The translations under genes and the position numbers were made by a program. The notes under the pieces were generated by a model. That model was given only the letters and a program-made list of their open reading frames with translations, was not told the DNA's origin and ran no database searches. From a bacterium (GTDB lineage Bacteria; Patescibacteriota; Minisyncoccia; UBA6257; JAGOQP01), in the NCBI GenBank assembly GCA_021801825.1, contig JAJYXK010000007.1, forward strand, positions 24,509 through 88,508: DNA of 64,000 nucleotides, in the 5' to 3' direction. This document shows, one piece after another, positions 1-11,733 of this stretch (positions within the stretch are counted from its first letter, which is position 1; each line of letters starts with the position of its first letter).

Positions 1-602
1 TTGGTGCATTTCCCCGGAGTCTTTCCTTGTTCCACGAGGGGAAGTATCTTTCGAGCCTCAGCTATTTCGTCCTTACTCATCATTCCCGCGGCTTCGGCGA
101 ACGCTAAACATGAGGATGCGTTTTTAGGATTAGCGCAATAGGTATCGCAACTCTGGGCGCTGGTGCACCCACCAGGAAGTTGCGCGCCACCTGAGAGTGC
201 TTTAGCAACTTGTTGCGCGCGCGCCAGCTCTTTTTCGGGGAGAAGATTGTGTTCTCCAGCAAATGCAACACACTCTTGTATATGGGCAATGTCATTACAA
301 TAGGTCTGGCAAGATTTTTGATCAGTGCATCCGCCAGGGCCCTTGCCCTTTAAAACATCTTGATATTCTCGCGCATCCGCAACTTCCTGTTCGGAGAGCA
401 GCTGATGTTGTTGCGCGTAGGTAAGACACGCATCCAAATGTGTTGAATCGTCGCAGTACGTTTTACATGCTTGTTGGTTGGGACAATTTCCTAATTCAGT
501 AATAGGGTAGGTAATACTAGACGGAACTGCGTTTACGTTTTGTAGCGCAAACCCAAGAAACAATCCCACAATACCGATGTATAAAAATAGAAATTTTTTC
601 AT
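1..602 (-). CDS. Secreted cysteine-rich tandem-repeat protein, N-terminal part (3' end beyond window edge). Signal peptide, then at least three ~50-aa repeats each with C-x5-C-x3-C-x8-C
   Basis: Manual translation of minus strand from ATG at 602..600 (MKKFLFLYIGIVGLFLGFALQNVNA...) is open to position 1. Repeats GGCTDQKSCQTYCNDIAHIQECVAFAGEHNLLPEKELARA / GGCTSAQSCDTYCANPKNASSCLAFAEAAGMMSKDEIAEA. Not in ORF track because it runs off the window. Confidence 0.6.
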   Translation of the reverse strand, partial: MKKFLFLYIGIVGLFLGFALQNVNAVPSSITYPITELGNCPNQQACKTYCDDSTHLDACLTYAQQHQLLSEQEVADAREYQDVLKGKGPGGCTDQKSCQTYCNDIAHIQECVAFAGEHNLLPEKELARAQQVAKALSGGAQLPGGCTSAQSCDTYCANPKNASSCLAFAEAAGMMSKDEIAEARKILPLVEQGKTPGKCT

Positions 603-609
603 AAGTTTG

Positions 610-867
610 TTATTCAAAAGGATTTTTAGGAGCCTTTTGAAAGGGATTAATATTTTCGCTTGAAAGGGGGTTTGTCTCTGGCATATTTTGCGCGGGGTTT
701 TGTGAAACTCCTTCATACAGCGAACCACCTAAGGTGGGAGTTGATGAGGCGACCGTTGAAGAGCTGTTGTTTGGTGATTTTGTAGGAGATAATAATAAGA
801 AAATTATTATCGCAATAACAACTAAAACAACAAGACCGACAATGATACGTGTTTTGTTCATATACAT
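610..867 (-). CDS. Small membrane-anchored protein (N-terminal TM helix, S/T/P/N-rich tail), immediately upstream of and co-directional with the Cys-rich repeat protein
   Basis: ORF track 85 aa; hydrophobic stretch IIVGLVVLVVIAIIIFLLL; 7-nt gap to next gene on same strand. Confidence 0.45.
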   Translation of the reverse strand: MYMNKTRIIVGLVVLVVIAIIIFLLLSPTKSPNNSSSTVASSTPTLGGSLYEGVSQNPAQNMPETNPLSSENINPFQKAPKNPFE

Positions 868-981
868 AAGTATATATAAAATAGATACGAGGAGATAGTG
901 GTGGACGCTTTACAAATAATTATTTACGTGTTAGTATATAAGCTGAAAATTTACATACTTAATAATATAAGGAAAGCTACA

Positions 982-1668
982 ATGCTAAGCAGCAAATCAG
1001 ACAAACAGCTTGGAAAAGTTGCTACCGCAAAAGCACTCGCAGAGCAGGAAGATGCTTTAGGGGGTATGCTTAAGAATAAACAGGAGGAGCCAGTTGATCC
1101 ATTTAAAGAGAAAAAAGAGTGGTTCCAAAATTTCTATGCCGAAATGTTCGGACTTGAAAATGTTGATTTCTCCGACACTGTCGTTCCTGAACAATCTGGA
1201 GGAAAAGACACTATCCCTTTGTTTATTCCAAAATGGATAACCGCCAAGAAATTAATTGAAGGCGCGAAAAACAAAAAAGTTGATTTCCTCATTGAAATCG
1301 CTCTGGGGATCAATTTAGAGAGAATTGAATCTCAAAATATCTCTCGTCCATACGCGGTATGGGTTACTAATTCTGAAGACCCTGACTTCAAAATATCGGG
1401 ACAAAGAAGGATTCCTGGTGATAGAGAAATTATGTCTATTGAAGAACGGATCATTTTTGGAGTCTTTAAGTTCCAAAAAGGACATCGTTATATAGATGTC
1501 CAGAATCCAACTCTCACATCGGCATATACCTATGTGGGTAATAGCAAAACAGCTCGGGCAGTTATTACAAGGTATATAAAAAACGGCTTGCGTGTTGATA
1601 CACAGGACATAAGCTTAATTGGGTTTGCTCGCGAGGTGTTTGGCAGAATGCCTCACAAGAGTAAATAA
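982..1668 (+). CDS. Hypothetical protein (start moved to internal ATG preceded by aaggaaag)
   Basis: ORF 898..1668; internal Met at 982 with purine-rich RBS; intrinsic terminator follows. Confidence 0.5.
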   Translation: MLSSKSDKQLGKVATAKALAEQEDALGGMLKNKQEEPVDPFKEKKEWFQNFYAEMFGLENVDFSDTVVPEQSGGKDTIPLFIPKWITAKKLIEGAKNKKVDFLIEIALGINLERIESQNISRPYAVWVTNSEDPDFKISGQRRIPGDREIMSIEERIIFGVFKFQKGHRYIDVQNPTLTSAYTYVGNSKTARAVITRYIKNGLRVDTQDISLIGFAREVFGRMPHKSK

Positions 1669-1687
1669 AAGTTCTTCTGTCTTAATA

Positions 1688-1726
1688 AGAGCCCGTGGCA
1701 ACACGGGTTCTTTTTTATTTTTGTAG
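1688..1726 (+). terminator. Rho-independent terminator (agagcccgtg-gcaa-cacgggttct + T-run)
   Basis: 10-bp stem with GNRA-like loop followed by ttttttatttttg. Confidence 0.6.
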
Positions 1727-1735
1727 TTATATACT

Positions 1736-2386
1736 ATGAATATGAGTATTTATATTTCAGAATTGCTGCCAAATCCAGCAGGAAAAGATGTGGGGAATGA
1801 ATGGATTGAAATATGTAATAATGGGTCACAGCCGCAATCTCTCGCGGGGTGGAAGTTACAAGATGCAAGTGTAAAAAGTTTTACCATACAAAACATTTTT
1901 GTGGCACCGCAATCATGTGTGGTATTTGGAAACACAGAAACAAAAATATCTCTCAATAATGATAAAGAAACTGTTTCGTTATTTGATATGAGCGGAAATT
2001 TAGTTGATAGAGCTTCATATACTACAGTGGTAAAAGATGATCAGGCGCTTGTGTGGGACACATCAATAAAAAATTTACAACTCACTACCACGCCGACGAA
2101 GGGAGAAATAAGAAATATAATAGCCGCGTCTCCGGCGCGGACAACTAAAAACACAAAACTAAATACCGAAAATAAGATAACCACGACAATCCCGACGACC
2201 GTAGATGTCGGGACCCCTGCCTACCGGCAGGCAGGCCGACTAGAAGCGTCGGGACAGATACAAACACTCACCCCAGGAATGAGTATCGGGGAAGTGGTTT
2301 TAATTGGCGCGTGTGTTGTAGGAATTTTAACAGTGATATTTATGAAAGTTGTTATGCAACTTAAACCGAAAACCGAAGGTTTTTAG
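1736..2386 (+). CDS. Lamin-tail-domain (LTD) protein with Thr-rich linker and C-terminal TM anchor
   Basis: ISELLPNPAGKDVGNEWIEICNNGSQPQSLAGWKLQD matches LTD signature (family knowledge); C-terminal VVLIGACVVGILTVIFM. Confidence 0.6.
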   Translation: MNMSIYISELLPNPAGKDVGNEWIEICNNGSQPQSLAGWKLQDASVKSFTIQNIFVAPQSCVVFGNTETKISLNNDKETVSLFDMSGNLVDRASYTTVVKDDQALVWDTSIKNLQLTTTPTKGEIRNIIAASPARTTKNTKLNTENKITTTIPTTVDVGTPAYRQAGRLEASGQIQTLTPGMSIGEVVLIGACVVGILTVIFMKVVMQLKPKTEGF

Positions 2387-2424
2387 TTGTCCCCATGTTA
2401 TCCCCGTGATCGTATTGTGGACGC

Positions 2425-2452
2425 TTGACAACACTTTTAATTTTGTATACAC
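2425..2452 (+). promoter_or_regulatory. Sigma70-like promoter candidate upstream of rRNA operon (TTGACA-N15/17-TATACA/TACACT)
   Basis: cttgacaacacttttaattttgtatacact; a second weaker candidate TTGACT-N18-TATATC lies near 2593..2622. Confidence 0.35.
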
Positions 2453-2515
2453 TCCTTTACATGATAGTAACGCAAAGAATCGCAACGGACTAACTCTCGT
2501 GGCCTTCGTCGCGCC

Positions 2516-2542
2516 GAGTGTCCGCTTTGAGCGGATTTTTTC
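2516..2542 (+). terminator. Short hairpin + T6 (terminator of LTD gene or boxB-like element of rRNA leader; followed by boxA-like tgctcaaaattc)
   Basis: gtccgc-tttga-gcggat tttttt. Confidence 0.3.
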
Positions 2543-2788
2543 TGCTCAAAATTCTGAAAATCGTGTACTTCACAAACATATGACTTTTGACTGCAGGACA
2601 GGAGAAAGTCTATATCACATCATTATTTCTTTAATACCCCAGGTATTAAAGAATCAACATCAACAATTAAGGTACATCGTTTTCAAAACTTTTTTGAAAA
2701 GCGACGTATTTTCACAAGCAGCTTTACATGAACATAGTTTATGTGAAGCAAATGTTGTAGAGATACAACCCTGTACGTAGCGGTACAG

Positions 2789-6168
<3,380 letters not shown>

Positions 6169-6301
6169 ATCTGTACAATGCAAGTGATACCATCCGTCGC
6201 ATCTTTTGATGCTATGGTGTGGCACAATACGTCGCTTTTCAGAGAGGTTTTGAACGATACTTTAATAAAGAAAATATAATGATGTGATAGAAATGTTTTT
6301 A

Positions 6302-6447
6302 AAGAAGCATTTCATTTGCTGGTGATCTAGTGTTGCGTGCCCCACCTCTTCCCATTCCGAACAGAGAAGTGAAAGCGTAATACTCCGATGATACTCGTTC
6401 GCGGGGAAAGTAGGATTTGCCAGCATATGAAATGCTTCTTTTTTATT
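6302..6447 (+). other. 14-bp inverted repeat (aagaagcatttcat ... atgaaatgcttctt) enclosing the whole 5S gene, followed by T-run: processing stem / operon terminator
   Basis: Perfect complementarity 6302..6315 with 6428..6441, then tttttt. Confidence 0.55.
6318..6424 (+). rRNA. rrf: 5S ribosomal RNA
   Basis: gctggtgat...cccattccgaacagagaagtgaaag...gccagc; terminal helix pairing. Confidence 0.9.
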
Positions 6448-6487
6448 CTATATATAATTTATGATAAACTATAGCTATTAAATATTT

Positions 6488-7519
6488 ATGAGATTATTGA
6501 AACAAATTCTTTACGGAGGCATCTTTCTTATTATTATTGTGCTTGTAGTGTGGTGGTTGGTGGGTTTGATATATACACCAAGTCCAACCTGTTTTGATAA
6601 TTCACAAAACCAAGGAGAAGAAGGAGTTGATTGTGGTGGGCCCTGTATATCGTGCGAAATAAAATCCCTCAAACCAATCACTATTCAAAATAAATTTATT
6701 ATTCCCCTGGAAAATGAGGCGGGGGTAGTTATTGAATTAATTAATCCTAATACGGAATGGGCCGCAAAGTCTTTTGACTATACGCTTATTTTTAAAGATC
6801 AGTTTGGATCTGTGGTTCAATCTATAACAGGCAATTCATTTATATATGCGGGAGAGTTTAAGGACATAATACTTCCCCGTATTTCTGCAAGTAGCACCAC
6901 GGTAGCGACGGTAGACATAACAATACAAAATCCTCAATGGGAACAAAAAGAGATTTTTAGAAAACCCGAGGTGGAAATTCAAGAATTTGGAACAAGCTAC
7001 GAAAAAGGTATCGTTGTGTCAACAAAGATTAATAACAAAGACACTCAATCTCTTATAAACGTAGATGTCGCGGCGCTTGTTTTTAATCGTTCTGGTGTGC
7101 TTATTGGAGCCTCAAAAACACGCATAGATTCTCTTCCTGCATTTGAATCAAAACAAGTGCGCATTATATTCCCTAAAAATCTAGACCTCTATCAGCCAAC
7201 TATTGCTCCTGCTATTAGTTTTTCTCGTGTACTTATACAAGGAGATACCGGTGAAGATGTGGGAGATTTACAAATGGTATTAAAAGAACAGGGATTATAC
7301 GCGGGTGTTACTACAAAGTTTTTTGACGCTGATACACAAGCGGCGGTGCGAGAATTTCAGCAAAAAAATAAATTAGAAGTAACAGGGATGTTGGATGAAA
7401 CCACGCGAATATTTATTAACAAACTTTTAACCGATAATACACCACAACAAAATACTCAGGTTAAAGATACAAGCGTGGATGCGAGCAGGACAAAAGTGTT
7501 TGTGGAGGTGAGCAGATAA
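6488..7519 (+). CDS. Membrane-anchored protein with N-terminal Cys cluster and C-terminal peptidoglycan-binding (PG_binding_1-like) domain
   Basis: N-terminal TM; CFDNSQNQGEEGVDCGGPCISC; C-terminal GDTGEDVGDLQMVLKEQGLYAGVTTKFFDADTQAAVREFQQKNKLEVTGMLD. Confidence 0.6.
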   Translation: MRLLKQILYGGIFLIIIVLVVWWLVGLIYTPSPTCFDNSQNQGEEGVDCGGPCISCEIKSLKPITIQNKFIIPLENEAGVVIELINPNTEWAAKSFDYTLIFKDQFGSVVQSITGNSFIYAGEFKDIILPRISASSTTVATVDITIQNPQWEQKEIFRKPEVEIQEFGTSYEKGIVVSTKINNKDTQSLINVDVAALVFNRSGVLIGASKTRIDSLPAFESKQVRIIFPKNLDLYQPTIAPAISFSRVLIQGDTGEDVGDLQMVLKEQGLYAGVTTKFFDADTQAAVREFQQKNKLEVTGMLDETTRIFINKLLTDNTPQQNTQVKDTSVDASRTKVFVEVSR

Positions 7520-7578
7520 GAATGGGGATAAGGGGTTAGTTGTTAGATATTAGTGAAAATAGTTATATCACGAGTCAT

Positions 7579-8277
7579 ATGAAAGTTTCAGTTCTTGTAA
7601 TAGCGCATAATGAAGAGAAACACATACGAAAGTGTTTAGTCTCACTACAAAATCAAACAAAAATTCCGGATGAAATTGTGGTTATTGCGCATAACTGTAC
7701 TGACAACACCATAGCAATAGCAAATGAATTTTCTCGAGTGCGGGTAGTAACTCATAATACGAGAGAAAAAGGTCCTCTCTACGCGCGCATTAAAGGATTC
7801 CAAGAAGTGCGGGAAGATATTGTTGCGTGTATAGATGGAGATTCATGCGCTTCTCCCCAGTGGGTAGAAAAAATTACAAAACCATTTGAGAATAATTTGG
7901 TTGTTGGTGTCGGAGGTATTATTTGGTTCAATGGCGTTATGGCGAATCTTGCGACCATTGGGTTCTTCTTCTTAGATCCTCTATTTCGTCCTACATATCA
8001 TTTTTATTTTTGGGGTGCAAATTTTGCAGTGCGAAAATCTGCATATGGTGCGGTGGGGGGGCTGGAACCACTTATTACTCTAAAAGAAGAACTAAAACTA
8101 CATCTCATGCCGGATGATGCTTATCTTTCGTGTGCGCTTATAAGAATGGGGAAGGTAGTATACGCGCGCAAAGCTAAGGTTTTTTCTGATGATAACTACT
8201 CGGGAACAAAAAATAAGGGGGATTTCCAAAATGAAGATAGGCTAACACTTTTTAGACATTTTGGGTTAATAAAGTAA
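7579..8277 (+). CDS. Glycosyltransferase family 2
   Basis: MKVSVLVIAHNEEKHIRKCLVSLQNQT...DGDS motif region (ORF track 7540..8277, start moved to Met at 7579). Confidence 0.65.
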   Translation: MKVSVLVIAHNEEKHIRKCLVSLQNQTKIPDEIVVIAHNCTDNTIAIANEFSRVRVVTHNTREKGPLYARIKGFQEVREDIVACIDGDSCASPQWVEKITKPFENNLVVGVGGIIWFNGVMANLATIGFFFLDPLFRPTYHFYFWGANFAVRKSAYGAVGGLEPLITLKEELKLHLMPDDAYLSCALIRMGKVVYARKAKVFSDDNYSGTKNKGDFQNEDRLTLFRHFGLIK

Positions 8278-8310
8278 AAAAATAGCGTTTAAGCTGCTGT
8301 TTTTGGTATA

Positions 8311-8340
8311 TTGACAAATAATATAAACATGTGCTATAAT
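8311..8340 (+). promoter_or_regulatory. Strong sigma70-type promoter with extended -10 (TTGACA-N18-TGcTATAAT)
   Basis: ttgacaaataatataaacatgtgctataat. Confidence 0.5.
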
Positions 8341-8416
8341 ATAAACAGAAATTTGATACGGATTAAAAAGTCAAAGAAGAAGACACAAACCAAAAAAATA
8401 AAAAAAGGGGGACGCC

Positions 8417-8554
8417 ATGTTATTAGATCCTAAGAACGCCTTAGAATTCTGTATATTTTATATAGTATGGTTCTTCGGGACAGCTGCGGTATTGGGTTGC
8501 ATTACAGCAACAATTATATGCCAGCTGCTCAATATAAGTAGGAAGAGGTGTTAG
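8417..8554 (+). CDS. Small hydrophobic peptide (45 aa, one predicted TM), own promoter, strong RBS (aaaggggg) and terminator
   Basis: MLLDPKNALEFCIFYIVWFFGTAAVLGCITATIICQLLNISRKRC*; below ORF-track size cutoff. Confidence 0.4.
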   Translation: MLLDPKNALEFCIFYIVWFFGTAAVLGCITATIICQLLNISRKRC

Positions 8555-8575
8555 CGGCGGTAGAAAGGTTTTCTC

Positions 8576-8612
8576 CGGGGCTCATTCGTGAGCCCTTTCT
8601 GTTTTTATTCTT
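8576..8612 (+). terminator. Rho-independent terminator (gggctca-ttcg-tgagccc + ctttctgttttta)
   Basis: Perfect 7-bp stem, 4-nt loop, T-rich tail. Confidence 0.55.
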
Positions 8613-10429
8613 TATCTTTGTGATCTCTTGCGATCAAGTTCTGTTAAATACATTTTACGAATACGGATATTTTTTGGGGTAATTTCTACCAATTCATCGT
8701 CACCAATGTAATCAAGCGCGTCTTCCAAAGAAAGCGTACGGGGTACGTCTAACGTTTCTTGAATCCCTTGGTTCTTGGAACGCATGTTACTCAATTCTTT
8801 TGTTTTGCATACATTCACCGGGATATCACCTGCCTTTGCGTTTTGTCCTACTACCATACCTTCGTATACGGGCACTGCGGCGCCAATAAATAATTGTCCA
8901 CGTCCTTGCGCAGTCATGAGCCCATAGCTATTAGAGTCCCCTGAGTTTGAGGCGATAATGGATCCATGGGTGTCGGGTGGGAGTTCTCCTTTGTAGGGTT
9001 CGTATCCCAAAAAGAGAGAGTTCATAATACCCTGTCCTCGAGTGGCGGTCATGAACGCGTTGCGTACGCCGATAAGTCCACGCGTAGGTACTACAAAATC
9101 AAAAAATGAAATATTGCGGTCTACACGCATATCTTTCATAACTCCAAGTCTTTTTCCCATCAACTCAATAACTGTTCCAGAATATTGCTCGGGCACTTCA
9201 AATGAAACCAATTCCATAGGTTCTGATTTTTCTCCTGCATCGTTTGCTTTGAAAATAACTTGTGGTTTTGAGACTTCAAGTTCATATCCTTCACGACGCA
9301 TCTTTTCAATCAAAATAGATAAGTGAAGCTCTCCGCGTCCCGATACAATAAATTTTTCAGGAGAATCACTTTCTTCAACGCGTAACGCGACATCGGTATC
9401 TAATTCCTTAAAAAGTCGCTCGCGGATATTTCGAGATGTGGTGTATTCACCGTCTTGTCCCATAAATGGGGAAGTGTTTACACCAAAAATCATCTTAATA
9501 GTCGGTTTATCTATATGAATAAGGGGAAGCGCGAGAGGTTTCTCTGTGTCGGTAATAGTTTCTCCAATAGAAATATCAGGAATACCCGCAATAGCGACAA
9601 TTTCTCCCGCGGTCGCTTCATCAACATCAATACGTTTTAGTCCATCAAACAACATAACACCATTGATGGTGGTTGTTTTCTGTTCTCCAGCACGATTGAT
9701 GTGTAATACGCGAGATCCTTTGGTGAGTGTTCCGGCGTATAATCGTCCTACAGCGATTTTTCCTTTATAGTTGTCGTATACTAAATTCACCGTGAGCATT
9801 TGTAACGGAGTATCATCATGAATGGTTGGTCCAGGAATATACTTTAAGATGGTGTGAAACAAGGGCTCAATATCCTTCATTTCAGTAAGATCTGGTTCTA
9901 ACCCCGCTTTTCCAAGAGAACCCGCGGCATAGATAATAGGGAAATTTGCCTGCTCTTCACTTGCGCCGAGCTCCACAAACAAATCAAATGTTTTATCCAG
10001 TGCCCACAATGGTCGCGCATCGGGTTTGTCTATTTTATTTACCACGACAATGATTTTGTGTCCCGCTTGAATTGCCTTACGAAGCACAAATTTAGTTTGA
10101 GGCATGGGGCCCTCCTTTGCATCCACAAGAAGCAGAATGCCGTCTACCATACGCATAATACGTTCAACCTCTCCACCAAAATCTGCGTGTCCCGGAGTGT
10201 CAACAATATTGATCTTCACTCCGTGGTAATGAATAGAAGCATTTTTAGAGAAGATGGTAATACCACGTTCGCGCTCCAATTCATTGGAGTCCATAATGAG
10301 CTCTTTCACGTCATCAGTTTTGAGTTTGAAATTTTCGGATTGCTTTAAGAGGGCATCAACAAGTGTTGTTTTGCCGTGGTCGACGTGGGCGATAATAGCG
10401 ATATTTCTTAAGTCATTTCGTGTGGTCAT
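8612..10429 (-). CDS. typA: GTP-binding translational GTPase TypA/BipA
   Basis: [32 protein letters not shown], full-length 605 aa BipA architecture. Confidence 0.9.
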   Translation of the reverse strand: MTTRNDLRNIAIIAHVDHGKTTLVDALLKQSENFKLKTDDVKELIMDSNELERERGITIFSKNASIHYHGVKINIVDTPGHADFGGEVERIMRMVDGILLLVDAKEGPMPQTKFVLRKAIQAGHKIIVVVNKIDKPDARPLWALDKTFDLFVELGASEEQANFPIIYAAGSLGKAGLEPDLTEMKDIEPLFHTILKYIPGPTIHDDTPLQMLTVNLVYDNYKGKIAVGRLYAGTLTKGSRVLHINRAGEQKTTTINGVMLFDGLKRIDVDEATAGEIVAIAGIPDISIGETITDTEKPLALPLIHIDKPTIKMIFGVNTSPFMGQDGEYTTSRNIRERLFKELDTDVALRVEESDSPEKFIVSGRGELHLSILIEKMRREGYELEVSKPQVIFKANDAGEKSEPMELVSFEVPEQYSGTVIELMGKRLGVMKDMRVDRNISFFDFVVPTRGLIGVRNAFMTATRGQGIMNSLFLGYEPYKGELPPDTHGSIIASNSGDSNSYGLMTAQGRGQLFIGAAVPVYEGMVVGQNAKAGDIPVNVCKTKELSNMRSKNQGIQETLDVPRTLSLEDALDYIGDDELVEITPKNIRIRKMYLTELDRKRSQR

Positions 10430-10456
10430 GATGGGAGATAAATAAATAGTGATTTA

Positions 10457-10486
10457 TCCCGACGAATTATTTCATAATTGTCGGGA
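10457..10486. promoter_or_regulatory. 13/14-bp inverted repeat TCCCGAC(G)AATTAT-ttc-ATAATTGTCGGGA in typA upstream region (operator-like)
   Basis: Near-perfect palindrome 28..58 nt upstream of typA start, overlapping a candidate minus-strand promoter (TTGAGC-N17-ATAATT). Confidence 0.35.
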
Positions 10487-10632
10487 TGCTCAATCTTATC
10501 GTTTCGTTTCACTCAAATAAGATTGGCATAATAAAAACCCCAAGGGGGATATAGACGAAGATTAGGTTATTATAGGGCATTTGTCAAGGTTCTAAGGGGA
10601 AAAATGGGCATAAAAACTGAATATTTTGATAA

Positions 10633-10661
10633 TTGACAATTATTTCACACTATGGTACAAT
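10633..10661 (+). promoter_or_regulatory. Sigma70-type promoter TTGACA-N17-TACAAT
   Basis: aattgacaattatttcacactatggtacaat. Confidence 0.5.
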
Positions 10662-10686
10662 AAACTCAGAAACTTAAAGTGGTGTT

Positions 10687-10735
10687 GTGATTGTGGGTTG
10701 GGTTCGCTGTGTGGGCGGCCTCAACCCACAATCAC
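10687..10735 (+). promoter_or_regulatory. Perfect 14-bp stem / 21-nt loop hairpin in 5' leader of 10759..11151
   Basis: gtgattgtgggttg...caacccacaatcac; not followed by U-run on either strand. Confidence 0.35.
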
Positions 10736-10758
10736 AATAAAAAGAGAAGGAACGAATC

Positions 10759-11151
10759 ATGAAAAAATATGTATTTGTTATTGTTGGCGCAATCCTTTTT
10801 GTGGGGATTATGATCGTAATAACCCCGAGAGAAAAAAGTGAAAAGGGAGAGAAATTAACAGTTTCCCCTGGTATTAGCGGCAATTCGCGAATATTCAAAG
10901 GGACCGTTAAGGAAAAAGATGTTGAGGTTTATAACGGCAACGTTATTGTTAGGTGTAATTCTGTTGAAAACAATGACGATATTGCTGTGATGATTGATGT
11001 TTTTGTACCACTCTCTCGGGCACATCAGTTATCTGTTGGTGATACGGTAAAATATGTTGAAAAGTATGTTACCGCCATCACAAAACCTCACGGAGACCCC
11101 AGGTCTGTTCTAATCGGTTTCTGGGTTGATGAAAATCTAATAAAGAAATAG
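10759..11151 (+). CDS. Small membrane-anchored hypothetical protein
   Basis: N-terminal TM (VFVIVGAILFVGIMIVI), RBS gaagga upstream. Confidence 0.5.
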   Translation: MKKYVFVIVGAILFVGIMIVITPREKSEKGEKLTVSPGISGNSRIFKGTVKEKDVEVYNGNVIVRCNSVENNDDIAVMIDVFVPLSRAHQLSVGDTVKYVEKYVTAITKPHGDPRSVLIGFWVDENLIKK

Positions 11152-11267
11152 CTTCTCCTGAAAAAGTTTTTCGCCGGCTTCTTCTAAAAACTGGTTGAAT
11201 CAGTAGCATCTTTGTATTACTGTGCGCCATTGCTTTTCTCCGTATGGCCGGAGATATGGCACATTTA

Positions 11268-11312
11268 CCGCCATAGATTTCTACGAGGCGTAGAAAACTA
11301 GGCGGTTTTTTT
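11268..11312 (+). terminator. Rho-independent terminator (ccgcc...tctacg-agg-cgtaga...ggcgg + T7)
   Basis: Nested hairpin followed by ttttttt. Confidence 0.5.
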
Positions 11313-11630
11313 ATTGAATTTTTTCTTCTTCTATCCATTAGCTCATAATAGCCCACCCCTCCTTATTGGGTTATCCCCATCCGCACTTGTATTAAAAAAT
11401 GGGTGGATGTATACTATAAATGTTCTTCAAAGGAATACAGCTTCAAAAGTCCCAAGGGACACGTGAAACAATAAACATCTTTTTCATCTTTTGATCTGTA
11501 TATTTTCATTAAGGGCACATAGATCTTTTAAATATATAAGTGTTTCTAAACTACATACAAAAGTTTTTCTGGCTTTGTCCAGGCAATACGTAACAAACGG
11601 TTACACTGTAGTACAGATTCACAGTTTCAC

Positions 11631-11693
11631 CGAAGGCCCTCCTTGCACGTTTGCTTTTTAGGAGAGGCCTTCTTTTTTTATTTTAATCTAAAA
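11631..11693 (+). terminator. Rho-independent terminator 40 nt upstream of valS ATG (gaaggccctcc...ggagaggccttc + T7ATTTT)
   Basis: 10-bp stem (one mismatch), ~19-nt loop, long T-run. Confidence 0.5.
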
Positions 11694-11733
11694 CCCTTTG
11701 AAAAGAGTGAATTTTAGTGTACTATTTTTAGTA

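Noticed and set aside
9042-10445. Plus-strand ORFs 9042..9326, 9455..9640, 9546..9770, 10058..10348, 10254..10445
   Set aside because: Antisense to the well-supported typA gene, with low-complexity translations.
11078-11356. Minus-strand ORF 11078..11356 (Arg-rich 92 aa)
   Set aside because: It overlaps the 3' end of the plus-strand gene and a plus-strand terminator, and has no RBS or homology signal.
11313-11733. T-box riboswitch upstream of valS
   Set aside because: No GGGTGGNACCGCG-like T-box sequence overlapping the 5' side of the terminator and no recognisable specifier-loop architecture.
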